DNA from: Phoronis australis | Lineage: Eukaryota; Animalia; Phoronida | Reading direction: 5' to 3' | Length of the DNA: 64,000 bases | Assembly: GCA_002633005.1 (NCBI GenBank) | Contig: NMRA01000452.1 | Span: forward strand, 261,928 to 325,927 | Part shown: positions 26,331 to 40,500 of the stretch, piece after piece | Position numbering within the stretch: position 1 is the stretch's first letter | Layout of the letters: each line of letters starts with the position of its first letter | Translations under genes and position numbers: made by a program | Notes under the pieces: generated by a model | What the model was told of the DNA's origin: nothing | Databases searched by the model: none | The model's input: the letters and a program-made list of their open reading frames with translations, nothing else

Positions 26331-28599
26331 ACCCACACAGACTTGTCAACAATAAAAGCTGCATTTTGCCCATTTAACTGCCCAAGTTGAATTCTTAGCC
26401 GAAGCCCTTTGGGATTTTCAATCATTACTACACTTATACCATCTTGAATTATAGTCCAGTACGCAGGGAGCTCAAATTACACGCACTGCCCACATGCGCC
26501 ATTTTGGAATCAGAAATTTTAGAGTTGAACCACCCCAGTAAACTACAAAACGTTTACTCCAGTCCGTGATGATTTTGAAGTTCTTGTTGAAACAGAATCC
26601 TGTAATAGTGGGAATATTATGGACATTTTACGAGAGTAAATCGCCTAATTCGATTTTCGTTTTTTTAACCAGCTACACTGGGCAAAATGCAGCCTAACTC
26701 CTCAAAGACACTAAAACAAGTGGTCTGAATTTTAGTTGAAACAAAGAACAACAGTAGATAATCTTTTAAAAAGAATCAAAAAATTACATCACCATCGGAA
26801 AATAATACAAAAAATGTGCACAGATTGCTCGTTGCTCACAATTCATTTACAAAATGTAATACTCCTTCAGGCAGCATACACATGGCGAAGGCCTGAAAAG
26901 CACACAGACAGAAACATTTAAGATGGCTGTGGCCTTTTCAACAATTCTACTTTAATCTAAACAGTTTGGAAACAAATAAGAAATATATATGACTAGATAT
27001 AATATTATCAACTGGTACAAAATTAAATATAATATAATTTTGCTTGTGAGACAAATATCACAAATATAACAAACAACGGTTCAAAAATTCACCTTAATAA
27101 AAATTAGAGGAATTAGAAACATATAGAAAGTGGAGGAAATTAAACCCTTTAGAAATAAAAACTAACTAAGAGATTTAAAAATATATGTAAAGTTTAATAT
27201 TTTTCATCTAATATTCCATGATATAATTTAAGAGGTAAATTAAAGCTCTCTAGCGCCCTGGTACAATGACTCCATATTTGTATGTTTCAATAAAAAATGA
27301 GCAAAAACATTGTGCAGATAATCAGCAAGAACAACAGCAGTAAACACTTTACTGTGCAAAACTGTTTGAAGGAGGAGGGTACTTCTATGATTTATCTACA
27401 CATCAGGTCAAACAATACCATAATTGGTTCTGGTCTTACTGTCATTCAAAACTATACTATTCACCAATGGAAACTTACATGTATTCGTAACCAATAAAGG
27501 ACACAAACGAGAAGATTGTTGGCAAAATGCCATGCCAGTCTGTTAAAAAACTACAATAATAGCTACGTTTGGGGAGATTTTGACAAAAAATCACTAAATG
27601 ATATGTGGGAGGGCACTTTTTCGCCTTCAAATAAAGAGCCACAAGTTTCGAAATGAGTTGAGTTCAGACCATAACCAACTATACCATTTTTGGCCAGAAC
27701 AGGGTCCAACAAAGAACATGAGATGTGTCAACAGGATGGCACTAAAACTTCATCATTGTGCCGAAAATGCTACACTTCTATAGGTTCCAAGAAAGCTTAC
27801 AAGTCTAGTTTCTTCAACTGCCAACAGAGGGTAGGACAACTACATGTCAGACAAGATACGGGAAACTTAATAGCACGGTGCACTGCAAAAAGTTCACGTT
27901 TTCTTTTATACAAGACATTATCGACATAGTTTATGGCACAGAATGGGTTATCGAGCAACAGTTGCCTAACTCATCTAATTATAAAAATATGAAATGTTCA
28001 CATGTACAAGCCAGGGACTGCAAAAATAAAAGTGAAAACATCTCAATAGCACTCTCAATCTCGGCGATTCTTTCATGACAAAAACATGAACTACACAAAG
28101 CATCGGACTGATCAATCACAGACACAAGACTCAGCGTTTGCGAGTACCCCAGCATGAACATCTCTAATGAACAGCAAACCCAGCAGACACTAGGGCATGT
28201 AAGTCACCATGACTATCGTGTGTTTATGCCTCTCGCATGAACTCGACGCCAACAACATGGCAACACGTGACCAGCACAATTTTTTCACTCAATCAACTAG
28301 CAGCATTCTGACAGCAGTTTACATCCAACTGCACAATCCAAGTCCATCATTAAACAAAGGCCCTGATGACGGAGGATGACTGGTATTCTTTACTACACAC
28401 CTCCAACACGTAATGATTCCTCATAATTGGCTGCAGACACATGACCACAGGTTTCAGGCTTCTTAGGCGTCTTATGATGACTACCACACTTGACTGTTCC
28501 TTCAGCCACGAAGGAGGCAGCGTAAATGGCTCTAAGCACGTGACCAGGATTCCGCTGCTTCAACAGATATTGATGACGACGACGACGACGACGTGGTCA

Positions 28600-31500
28600 T
28601 CACGTTTTATTAGTCTTCCAACTCTCCAAGTTCACCTTAGCTTGTGCGTCCAGCTCTGAGCGCAGGTTGCGCCTGTACTCCTCCAAATTGTCCGGTAGCT
28701 GCATCATACCTCCGAATGAGATGATCCACGGGTGACAGAGAACGTCGATAGCAGAGTAACGGCGTGATTTGTCCACGATAAGAAGCTGCGAGATGAGATC
28801 TTTGGCATCTGGAGGAGAAAAATAAAAGCACAACGGTGAAAGTCAACAAGTGTGCACAATTATGATGGAATTTTCCAACTAAAATTATTGCATGCATTTT
28901 GTGACCTCTGTCAGAGAAAATATTTTGGACAAACATAGAGGTACCCAATAAAAAAATAACAACATATCCTTATAAAAAAGTAGCAATGTCAGCCATCTTG
29001 GAAAATAAGAAGCTGAAACTTCGCATATCAGTAGCACGTGAGTTGGTTTATTTTCAATCCGATTTTGAGTGCAATGTGATAAAAATGAGGGTTTCAAAGT
29101 ATTCACGTGTGATTCTGATAACAAAATGGCAGCCACATTCACACTATAGAATCTGATTACGAGGAAAAACAAAAGTCCTACTGTTGTTTACTAGATACAT
29201 GTCATGTGAATTTCACACCAATTGGACAAACACTGGGACCTGTAACATGCAAACAAATAAACAAAAACCAAACTGGATGACAAAGTGAGACGCTGGGCCG
29301 AGCAATCATCAGTCTGAACATGGAGATCATAATAATTATAATTAATTTACTGCTATTATTATGGCTCCATTCACAACTACCGGCGCCCTCACCTGCTGAT
29401 GTGTTGTCCCAGTACGGACTCAGGAACTCGTACTCGCCAGCCTTGATGTACTCGAACAGTTCCGTCTGCTTCCTGTCCGGACTGCGGAATGGCGGGAAGC
29501 CACAGAGCAGGATGTATGTGATCACGCCCACCGCCCACATGTCCACCTCAAGCCCGTAACCTGGATAAGATAACAATCATTCATTATACATACAACATCA
29601 TTCCTTCATACAGCTCAACAATCACACCCACCGCCCACATGTCCACCTCAAGCCCGTAACCTGGATAAGATAACAGTCATTCATTATACATACAACATCG
29701 TTCCTTCATACAGCTCAACAACAAAAAGCAACTAATTTTCAGAAAAGTATGACAAACACAAAATAAGTATATAACCTACATGCGAACCAAAAATGTTTGC
29801 GATATAAATGCATGCCGTACTGAGATTTACATATTCATGTAAAAATTACTGTACAATGTTCCCTTAATTATTAACAGAAACAAATGAACTGAACACATCT
29901 TTAGAACTACGAACACAACGTACCGATCTCGGTGAGAATCTCTGGAGCTACATAGGTGGGTGTACCACACACGGTATAGATGTTACCCTTCACTTCCATG
30001 GCCAGACCAAAGTCAGCCAGTTTCAACGTGATACTGCCATCCTTGTTGCGACACACCTAATGAACAGACAACAAATTGCAGTCATCTGAAAGGTGTATTA
30101 AAAATTGACAGTCTCTTTAAAGTCACCTAGTTTCATTGAAAGTCCCAATTTTCCAGCTTCTTACTCCATCTAGTGTCTGATCACGGAATCAGCCTATCGG
30201 CCTAATTCACCTATTTTACAAAGCTCAGAAACCATTTCTTATGAGAGTAGGGAACAAGTTTCACAACAGTAATTGGTATAACTTAAAATCCCGGGTTCAA
30301 ATTAAGAACAAGACAAGGGGCAAAATGCCCCTGGTTTTGCTAATTTAGCACAAGACACGGGGCAAAATGTCCCTGGTTTTGGTAAATAATTTTGCTTGGG
30401 GACTTTTAACCAATGTGCACAAAAATGCTCCTTTCTTTTAAACATATGAAAATCCTTTAACCTTCTTGATTTTACTTCAAGTTGCAAAACTAAGAATAAA
30501 AAATATGACCGTGAGATTAAAGTTCTAACCCAGAAAGTTGGCGTTTTTAACCTGAAAAGGAGCAAAAGGTAGGCACATTGGTGAAAAACTACGAAAGCAA
30601 AAGACATTTGAAGAAAGTTTGAATAGGGTAATCGTTGCTCAGTAAAATAAACCAAAAAAGGATTAAAATATGATAATCGACAGAAGACATGTGCCAAAGC
30701 AGGTACAAACTTGACCAGCACGTCTTACATAAGTGGACAAAGAGGACAGCACACTCACCATCAGGTTTTCTGGCTTGAGATCTCTGTGCACTATCGAGCG
30801 GCTGTGTAGATAAAAGAGGGCGTTGGCGAGGTCTTTAGCCATGCTTGCAGCCTGTTGCTCGCCAAACTTGACACTTTGGGTAATTGCGTCGAATAGGTCA
30901 CCGCCCTGTGAGTGCATAACAGTCAGAGGTCATGGTCAGTTGTCAGTCTTATTGCAGACTGGATAATATTCACTTACAGTGTCCCACATTTTGAGAACCA
31001 GTTTTCTCCACTGGATAACAGGCATCACGCTGGTTCTCAAAATGCAGGGCCCCTGTGCGTGACTATTGCTGGGCACAGTAACAAAAAGTTGGAACATTCA
31101 GATTTGCAAACATTTAAGTCCTGCAACACATTTACCAAATCATAATGAAATTGACATATTCATATACAACATTCATAGTTACTTATAATTCAAGATCTCT
31201 TGTTACTTTACTAGACATACCAATTGTTGAACTTGCGAAGAAACACTAAAACTTGATTAAACCTTTACCCTATAAGCCTGAAGTCAGAAATCTGACCTGG
31301 TTGATATGCATAATTAAATTTTTACATTTTTAAATAAACAGTCATGCCTACAGCTATGAGTGCATACAAGTCTCGGTTTTTCAATTTGTGGATCTAGTTT
31401 TCATTTAACACGTGTCGTCAGCCAAAGGCTACTTTGTAATATTGTGAGCAGACAAAAGTATTCTTGAGAAACAGGGCCTGACGTGACCTTTTTTAAATGA

Positions 31501-34500
31501 CAAAGACCAAAATGAATATTGTACCCCCCTGGTGGAGGCAATGATATCGCTACTCCAGTTTCACTTCTAATAAGTCAACCATGTGCTTCTACATTTTAAG
31601 TGTGAAAAGTTCCGAGCTTTGCTAAGTGTTTGAACTTCTGTTTTATGTTCATTCTCAGACAAGACTCCACCAAGACATTATCCACAACTTGAACTTAACT
31701 CGTGGTCAACAGATATTAGTAATTTTCTACTTATCCTTTGTTGCCCCTATATAAAGCATAGGGCTACTCAAAATCCTACGACACGTTTTCAAGAAGACGA
31801 AATAAAAAAGACAATGTATTGAGACACTTCTTGCTGACAGCATGGCCAAGGTGTTGGGAGTTTTTTACGTTTACGGTACCAAAAAGCGACACCTGGTCGT
31901 TCAGGATTTGGTGTTTAGTGCTTCCCCAACTTGTTATCTTTGTTAATTTCCTCACTGCAAGATTAGCTAAGCTCAAAGTTATGTACATGTATGTTAATCT
32001 GAGGATGGCATTCACAGAGAGACTTCTAGCATACCCGCTAGCGTACCAGCAAATGTGTTATGTAATGTAATGGCTGCCATCACAATATTTAAATAAAGAA
32101 TGTCTAAGTACTATTTGAAGATTGTAATTTTCAAACACTAGGTGAAAAAACTGTCACGTATTGGCTATGTTGGCAGCACGAAGTGTTTACATATATCTTT
32201 GTAACATTTCAATTATTCTCATTCAAAATGTGTCCCAGAATTTTGAGATACCCTGTATTTAACTCTTTTCAAGTGAAATCCAAGTGTTGTGAAAACACAT
32301 AGAAAAATATACACGCAATCTTTGTTCTGTGGATATTGGAGTTTTCCAAGCACAGCTTAGAATGAAAGTTCAAGCAAAGCCGTAGGCATAAATAATTCAC
32401 GTTGACGAAACTTGCCTGAGGACAACAGATCAACAGCTCATAAAGTTTCCAGCATGGCTAAATAATGATTTGCATACAGATTACTTCGTAGCCTTTGGCG
32501 TTTCACGACAGTTTTATTAAATTCACACAGTGCCGCAGAAAACAAGGTGATCCCTCGCATCAGAGTTCAAACACCTCAAATAAAGGGTATGAAAATTTAC
32601 GGCAAAATCATTGCATCCAAAACATCTCATTTCGTACATATTCAATACAACATCACCAAAAGCGAAGTACTACACAGAAAACCGGGCAATCCTTTGCACC
32701 AGAGTTCAAGCACCTCAAATAAAGGCTATGCAAATTTACGGCAAAATTATTGCATCCAAAAACCCTCATTTTGTGTGTATTCAATACAACATCCCCAAAG
32801 CGAAATACTGCGTCAGTCATGACGTAGGTCAAAGCTTGGCACCAGGCACATATAGTTGAGGATGTTATTTAATGGACAAAATACACAAGCCCTGTAAGTG
32901 ACTATAATCCAACACTTGAGATAACATTTCAACTTGAATAAAATTCCCCTTTACCCAATTATACAGTTTTTACACAATTTTAAGCCCTACCTACGAAAAC
33001 ATGTAAAAAACGATGAAATTCAATGAGGTTATATTTTCACAATCCTTTAGGAACTACTTAACTTAAATAAGTACTTAACTTAAATAAGCACTTAACTTGA
33101 AATTTGATCAGACATAACAAAAATTAAGTTTTCTTAATTTCAGGTGAATTTGTAAATGCAGCCACATACCTTGATTAGTTCCATGATGAGGTATATTTCG
33201 TCGGCCGTCTCAAACTCTTCTACAAGTTTCACAATGTTAGTATGATTACAAGCCTTCATGATGGCGATCTCATTCTCAATCATATGTTCCTTGCCCTTTA
33301 ACTTTGACTTATCTATAACTTTCATGGCATAGTCCGTTGAAGTTGGTTTATAGCGACACTGCTTGACGATGGCAAAGTTGCCATCGCCCAACGTCCGTCC
33401 AACCTCGTACTTGGCCAGGACTCGTGTCACGTTTGTCACCTGACGTTCCAACTTGGATTTCTTCAGGTTGAGACGTGACCCACTCTTCTTCTTGTTCTCA
33501 CTACCGTTGTCGACCTTGGTCGACGTTTGAGCAACTTTCTCATTCGGCTGTCCTTCCGTGTTATTTTTTGCCGGCGACTTCCTCAGATCGGATGCCTTCT
33601 TATTGTTATTGTTGTTTTCAACATCCAACTTATTACTCTTTTCCTTGTGCCCAACGATCACCTCAGTTTCCCCTGCCGGATCAGCACTTTTAACAATGTT
33701 GTTATTATTATTAATATTATTATTACTCGATGGCGAACGTTTAGGCTTCTCAGCGGGTGGTCGCCTTGGCGATGCCTGTCCCTCGTCAGGACTACCTTGA
33801 GGTTGTCCCTCATTCTCCTTGTCAACGTGACTGTCGCCGACATTTTCAGAGTTTGTTGCAACATGAGCGTTCGGTCGTTCGGCTATATTAGGCAGCGGAG
33901 CCTTCTTTCGACGTTCCTCATCCAGAGCCCGCTTTTCTCGGTCCAACTTCTTCTTCATGCGCACGCGAGCACGCTCCCTGTTGTCGTTCACGGCATTATT
34001 GTGTTCCTTCTCCATGCGGTGCTTCAGATCCCGTTCCTTATTTGTCAGTGGATTTCCATTTTTGCCAGTGTCTATTTTCGGAAGCACGGGGCTCGAAGCG
34101 GGCACATCAACCTTATGCTGACCAGCCTCATTGTGAGAGTCTGGTGTATCGTCGCCATAGCCACTGTCTCGTTTATCGTCGTCAGCGTGACTCGTCACCG
34201 CTGCTCGCGAGTACCTCATCGTGGGTCGTCGTTTCTTGTTTTTCTCCCACTCCCTGAGTAAGTTCTGTGCGTATGGGTTACCAGGGTAGAGCTCCTCCAC
34301 AATTTCCTGGACATCTTTCGCGTTAATGCCCTCACTGCCAACGGCGATGAAGACATCGTCACTACGGAAGAAGTCTGAAATACTGTTCACCTCTCGACCG
34401 CTCACCGTGAACAGTCGTTTTACCTTAGCGCTTTTGTTCTTGCTCGAGCCGAACGACTCGGAGATGTCCGACACAAGCTGCTCAAATGATTGTACGCTTC

Positions 34501-37500
34501 GTCGGTTCAGCAGGATCTTGACGGTCGCGCGTGGATGATTGCCGTTCCGTATAACAGTCACCACTTTGGGTTTCATGGAACTACTGTCTGAGTGTGAAAG
34601 AATATTTGCCGTGCGATCACTGCCGTTAGTTGGCAGTACGCTACGTTGCGTGGGGTACGAATTTCGTACCGTGTGACGCGCAGGGTGGAAACCACCGCGG
34701 TTATAGAAACTGTTGACGCCATTTTTGTATCCGTACTCCACACGAGATGATAAGGACGGAAGTTCCCTTGTGGCACCTTTCCCTGTGAACAAATAAATCC
34801 TTCATTATGACAAAGTTTCACTCGAGATCTTGTTTGTAACAGGGAAGGAGGTTCTAGGGAATATAGGCAGAACTTTTATAGGAAACATCAAACGACCGTT
34901 AATTTGAGAGCTCAAAAGCAAACAATGATAAAAATTCTTAAATTCTAATTGCAAGTTTTTATATACTCTATCATTTAGTAAATCTAGGAACTAAAAGCTG
35001 ATTTCTGACAGCAGTACATAACCAGGCTCATGGAAACATAACAACTGACACTGCGTACAACGTACAACACGCAAGCTAATGTTGCCTCATGAAGGTTTTG
35101 TAGGACCCTAGAAAAAATGTTAAAATTGAGCCACCTTCAGAACACCATATCTCAAAAATGACTGATCAGATTTCCATGAAACTGTCAGGTACCACTGTTC
35201 TCCAAAATGATGCTCCGAATTATCTTTAAAATAGCACACTTTTGCTGTCAAAAATAGGTCTTCTATGATTTTTAGGAAAAATCAAAATGTTATTTAAAAA
35301 AAAACAGTCATAACAGCATTTTTGAAATCAAATAGACGTTGGAATGCCGTGCAGTTACTGATGAATAAAAACATAAAATAGTAAAACTAAAATGACGAGC
35401 ATCGGTACTAAAATATCTTAAAATATCCCTACGTTTCGAGCAATGCGCTCTTTGTCAAGGGTGTGCTAAAGACTGCATTTTTGAGATTTCAGCTTGTTGT
35501 ATTAAACGAAACATGGTACTTAGTACATTATTGATGGCGTTGTTTTGCAAGATATGTACCCTTCCTTTTAGCTCAACTTTAATAAGACACGGTCATATGA
35601 GCCAATCAATGGCAGACAGGCTTTTAAGACAAACATTCTCGACGCTTTGTGCTTTCAGTAAACACTTTTAGTAAGGTTAAATTTCAGTTTTGTAGGTATT
35701 TAGGTGAAAGCTGACTTGTGGATAACATTCTGTATTAGCCTTAAGCCTGATTTATTGTTGGTCTGCGTTAAAGGGACATCGTTAGTTTTATGACAAAAAC
35801 TACATTTTTTGGATTATTCTAGGATTGGATAGGTTTTCAAAGTCCCAACATTTGACCTGAGCTACGAAACAATAAAATCTCTTGTGTTTTTGAGATTTTA
35901 TTAAAATTGTAAATTCTCGCAATTGTCTTCCAAACATTAGCTGAAATCTAAGTCCGTGACTCTACCAACTAAATTCTATTAAAATACGTACTCTATTATT
36001 CACGGATTGGATTTTAGCTCCAGTAGCAGAGCGTTTGAATGCGACAGCGAAGGTTCTGGCAGTTATCTCAGAAAAAAAGATTCTTTCCCATAATGCCACT
36101 TTAACCATGGTTGCATTATTTGTTATGCTAATTGTAATTGGTAAGCAGGTTGGTAGCACATTCCCAACACACTCATATAAAGGTACATTTCATTGACATA
36201 ACCACAACCACAAAGTTTAAATGGAATTACATTAAGAACTTCTTTGAGAATAAAACAAGACGGCTTCATCAGGTTTTGTGCCAGCAACTCAAGTGATGGT
36301 CTCATAACACAACAAGTAATGTAGAAAATTCATCACCAATTCATGCGGATATAAAAAGACATGTTATGCATCTCCGTTATCGCTTGAAATTTAATACTTG
36401 ATTCTAAGATACAACACTGAACACCAGAATAATTAACTTAATGTGATAAAGTATGTTTTCATATGATCATAGGGTAAAGATTTTCAATAGAAACTGGCGA
36501 AAGATCTCAGACTTACTCGGAGACAAAAACCGATGAAAGCATTGGAGATGATACTAAGTACGATTTTAAGCTTCAAAATGTCAAAATCAGCTGCACAAAA
36601 AGATAATGGTGAAAACCTTTACAAAACCTGTCCAACAAGTTCAGGCCAAGCTCAGCAGGGCACTTTCAGTGAAATTTGTTTTTACATGCACTGTGAGTAT
36701 TGGAATTTCTAAATGTACGTGATCAGAAGGTCCTTCCTTATCAGAGCAGATAATATTCAGAGAGGATATTGATAAATTAATATGTAAGCATAATTTTATA
36801 GTGTTTGCATTAGGCCATATAAAAATGGTCCTTCAATACCATAGTCTACAGCATAGACCCGATACTCATTTATTCAATTATATATTCAACAGTCGACAGA
36901 CCCATTTGTGATCAAATCGTAAAAATCCTGTAATTACGTACAGTATCAAAATGAAATTGGAGATCAGATCACAAATGTACAACAAATGAGATAATTTTGG
37001 GCCACCTGAAGACGCTTCACATAGCAGAACTGAATTCACTGAAATACTTTTCTAAAATCAAATCGGGAAATTTGGTGACTGAAGTGATTACTTACTATCA
37101 CGTGACCATAGGTACTTCCTGTGCGGCAGTATTTTTGGTGGCTCTGGCTCTATCCCAGCAAGCGAGGCATAAAAGTAATACTGAGGTGTGCGCCGCTGAC
37201 TGACATAGTTAAAATGCGGCATGGCCGACTCACTCGCCTTCCAAAATGACTACATGAATGAAGTGGTCAACGGATGCTATCAAACAACTGAATTCTTTAG
37301 GTGTTAAGGGAAATCAGATTAACTGTAAATACTACATAAGTAGTCTCACTGCAATAGGTATTGAAAGATCCCCTGGAGTAATTATTGGGAAAGTAAGAAT
37401 CATAGGAGACATCATCAATACTTAACTACATGCCATGTATTACACAATGCCCAATAATAATTAACTACATCCCATGTATTACACAATGCCCAATAATAAT

Positions 37501-40500
37501 TAACTACATCCCATGTATTACACAATGCCCAATAATAATTAACTACATCCCATGTATTACACAATGCCCAATAATAATTAACTACATCCCATGTATTACA
37601 CAATGCGCAATGGCTCTCTACCCAGGAAATAAAAGTCTCCTGAGAAACTGATGACTGGTCTAAATAAATACTAATAATACCGTAACTAACTAAAATCAGA
37701 GCAATTCCAGAAGTTTATACTTCCACTTGCATAACCAGTGCAACCTAAAAAACCTAACTTTTCAAACAGACTACGTCAAAGAAACGTTGCATTCCCCGTT
37801 TCCAAGGTGCACATCTAAGCATAGCAACCAACTCAAGTGAACAAACACTCCAGGGTTCAACCGCTACTCTAAAATCTTTAACAGCAACTTTCTGGTAATA
37901 CAATTAATCACACTCTCAAGATCCCAATGCTTGATAATTTGACATACAGTATTTCTTTACTTTATAGTCGTCAAAATTGGCATTACCCTATTTCCAAAGG
38001 TAGATTGTCTTGCTTTAGATACCGGAAAATTTTACTAAATATTGTGTAATATATGATATCCATACAATGCCCCACAACATGATTCATGTTAGTGTCAACA
38101 GTCTATTTTGTTACCAAGGAAACACTCTTTTAACTTAGACACTTGTTTCCATGAAAATTTAGTTTCTGGACTGGGCCCATGGTCCCTGCACAGAATACTC
38201 TACCCTAACTCACTGAGGCTGTTGTCAACAACCAAATGTTAAACTCCTTCACCAGAAATTAACGCGAATAAGGCAGACCACTAAATTAAATTTCAAAGTT
38301 CTTTAAAGAAGGCAGGTTCCAATAAACTGTTCTTTCTAGTTAACACACTTCACAGTTGGAACAAAATTAAAGTCTAAACCCAAATCTAAGTGTAACAGAG
38401 CAAGTCTCCACTGAACATCAAAAATGTGTATTTCATCTCATCAGGCATACCTTTCAGTTCAATTGCACATGATAACGATCAATTTTCATGAAGGCAAAGG
38501 AAGGAAACACCCTTCTCCTAAGCCTGTCGCTAGCGAAGTGCCCGACACATACAGTCGCGCCCGCATGCCCACGTAACAACTGCACACTGAGACGCAAAGA
38601 CATTACCTTGAGTACCGTGTTCGACTAAGCCATGGACAGACATTTACAAACTCCACTAACCAGGTTGTTTAGTTTTAACTGTCACAAAACAGATATGTAC
38701 CGACTATTGTGTATTGCAATTAAGGCTAGTTACTGAAATAACCTCAGGTTAACCTCATTACATACCCATCCCTAACAGAGTAACCTACACTACATACAGT
38801 GGAAATGACTACTAGAGAAAACCTATAATGCCCTATGCCAGTACAAACATTTTAGCAAAGAATGACATACAGAGTAACAGGTAATAGGAGTTCCACCAGG
38901 ACAAAGAATACAGAATATAGATTTTTTCATGCTGAATAATAGACAACTGGTGTCAAACACCATAAATACCTTATCATTGTAAAATTCTATACTATAACCA
39001 TCAGATAATGGTTCGAGCATACACAACAATGTAAAAAGCATTTGAAAAATCAATAAAATGGAGACCAATTTTGACAATTATTTTCATCCGAAATTGGCCA
39101 TAGTTAACTGTGCTACAGTGCGAACTAGTCTAAAACTGGAAAGTAATCTTTAACACAAGAATTCAATGCAATAATCTTAGAAAACCTAACTCTGAAATGA
39201 CAATCTATGACAGTCAAACCGTGAAGGATACGTCAAGCTTTGAAGGTTACACAACTGGCTGAGCACGAAGCGCAACTCTGGGCTAACTAAAAACAAACGG
39301 TGTATCAACTTGGATTAAACCTCTTTCTTTCTGTTTGCTCAGTGTTCATTCTCCAACATAAAGATAAATATATCCTTAACAAGCATGGACACCTTTGCCA
39401 TGACAACGGCAATGCTATGCTTTGTGAGTGAATGCTCAAATTCCATTGGCCGGGTAGATTAATACAGCTTAGTCAATAGAAAATCTGGCTAATCTTTATC
39501 TTAGTGATATACGCTAGGAGATGGCAAAGAGTTTATCATTGGATAAATATTAATTCTTAAATCAATCAAATGGGCGAGTAACACCGTCCTGCATATGGCT
39601 AAGGCATGAATAAAATGTATCCAACGACAACAGTGATGAGGGGATTATGTCTTTACCCATTAATTAAACACGCCCCGGGTGACACGTTGTAAGTTCATAC
39701 TGAATGCCAGTTTTTAAAAATTCAATGGATGGGCTAAAGTTGAAAACTGCAAACTACGTATGATTACGACGCCGGTGACTAAATCATGCTAGTGATCATG
39801 GTAATCCTGTAGAGACTTGGGTCAACCAACTTCGATAAAAAAGAACTTTTGAGCTTAGCTGTTAACAAAATAAATATGACAATTCACTTTGCTAAACTGC
39901 AACTGATATGTGGTCTCTTCCAGAGTAAAACCATGGCAACAATTTTAGTAACACGCAGAGTAGCAGTGTTCTCCACTACCGAAAATTTAAACTCCATGGC
40001 AATTATAAAATGTTCAAAAACTGAAGAAGGCTTGTATGTGAGGACAGGAATAAATACACTGCTCTGGTGGCAAATGTTCAAAATATCAAATAAATGAGTA
40101 ACTTGTCACGATTTTAAACTCTCATTGTTTTCCAAACTGGATGAAGCTGAGTCAAACTGTATGCAACCAAATCTAAGCATGTCACTGTAACCAGTCAAAA
40201 CTGGTAGTGATTAAAATTGAGCACCGAATGGAAATTCAATCACTTAGTATGAAAGGTTTCAGTGTGAATGGGGTGTGGTTTTTTGTTATAAAGTATGCTT
40301 ATGTATTTAAACCACGCAGTAATTAAGGTATATTTTATGTCTAACATCAAGCTAATCTCTGCAATTCTGAAACGTTACGGTCATGAATACAACAAGCGGA
40401 TTAAAGCAAAAAATTCTCCCATTTACTTTGCACAAAAATAAATGACATAAGCGTTATTTTTACATTTTTGGAGGTTTATTACTATATTTAAAACAATAGA

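Noticed and set aside
28572-28593. (GAC)n tract just after the DCLK stop, and possible readthrough
   Set aside because: Tandem TGA TGA stops make readthrough unlikely. It is an ordinary microsatellite.
33475-34538. Several plus-strand ORFs up to 244 aa
   Set aside because: They are antisense shadows of the large DCLK exon.
37415-37651. Repetitive ORFs ([13 protein letters not shown])n and ([13 protein letters not shown])n, with an array-like appearance
   Set aside because: This is a head-to-tail 39-bp minisatellite with no unique spacers. It is not a CRISPR array and there is no splice or coding support.
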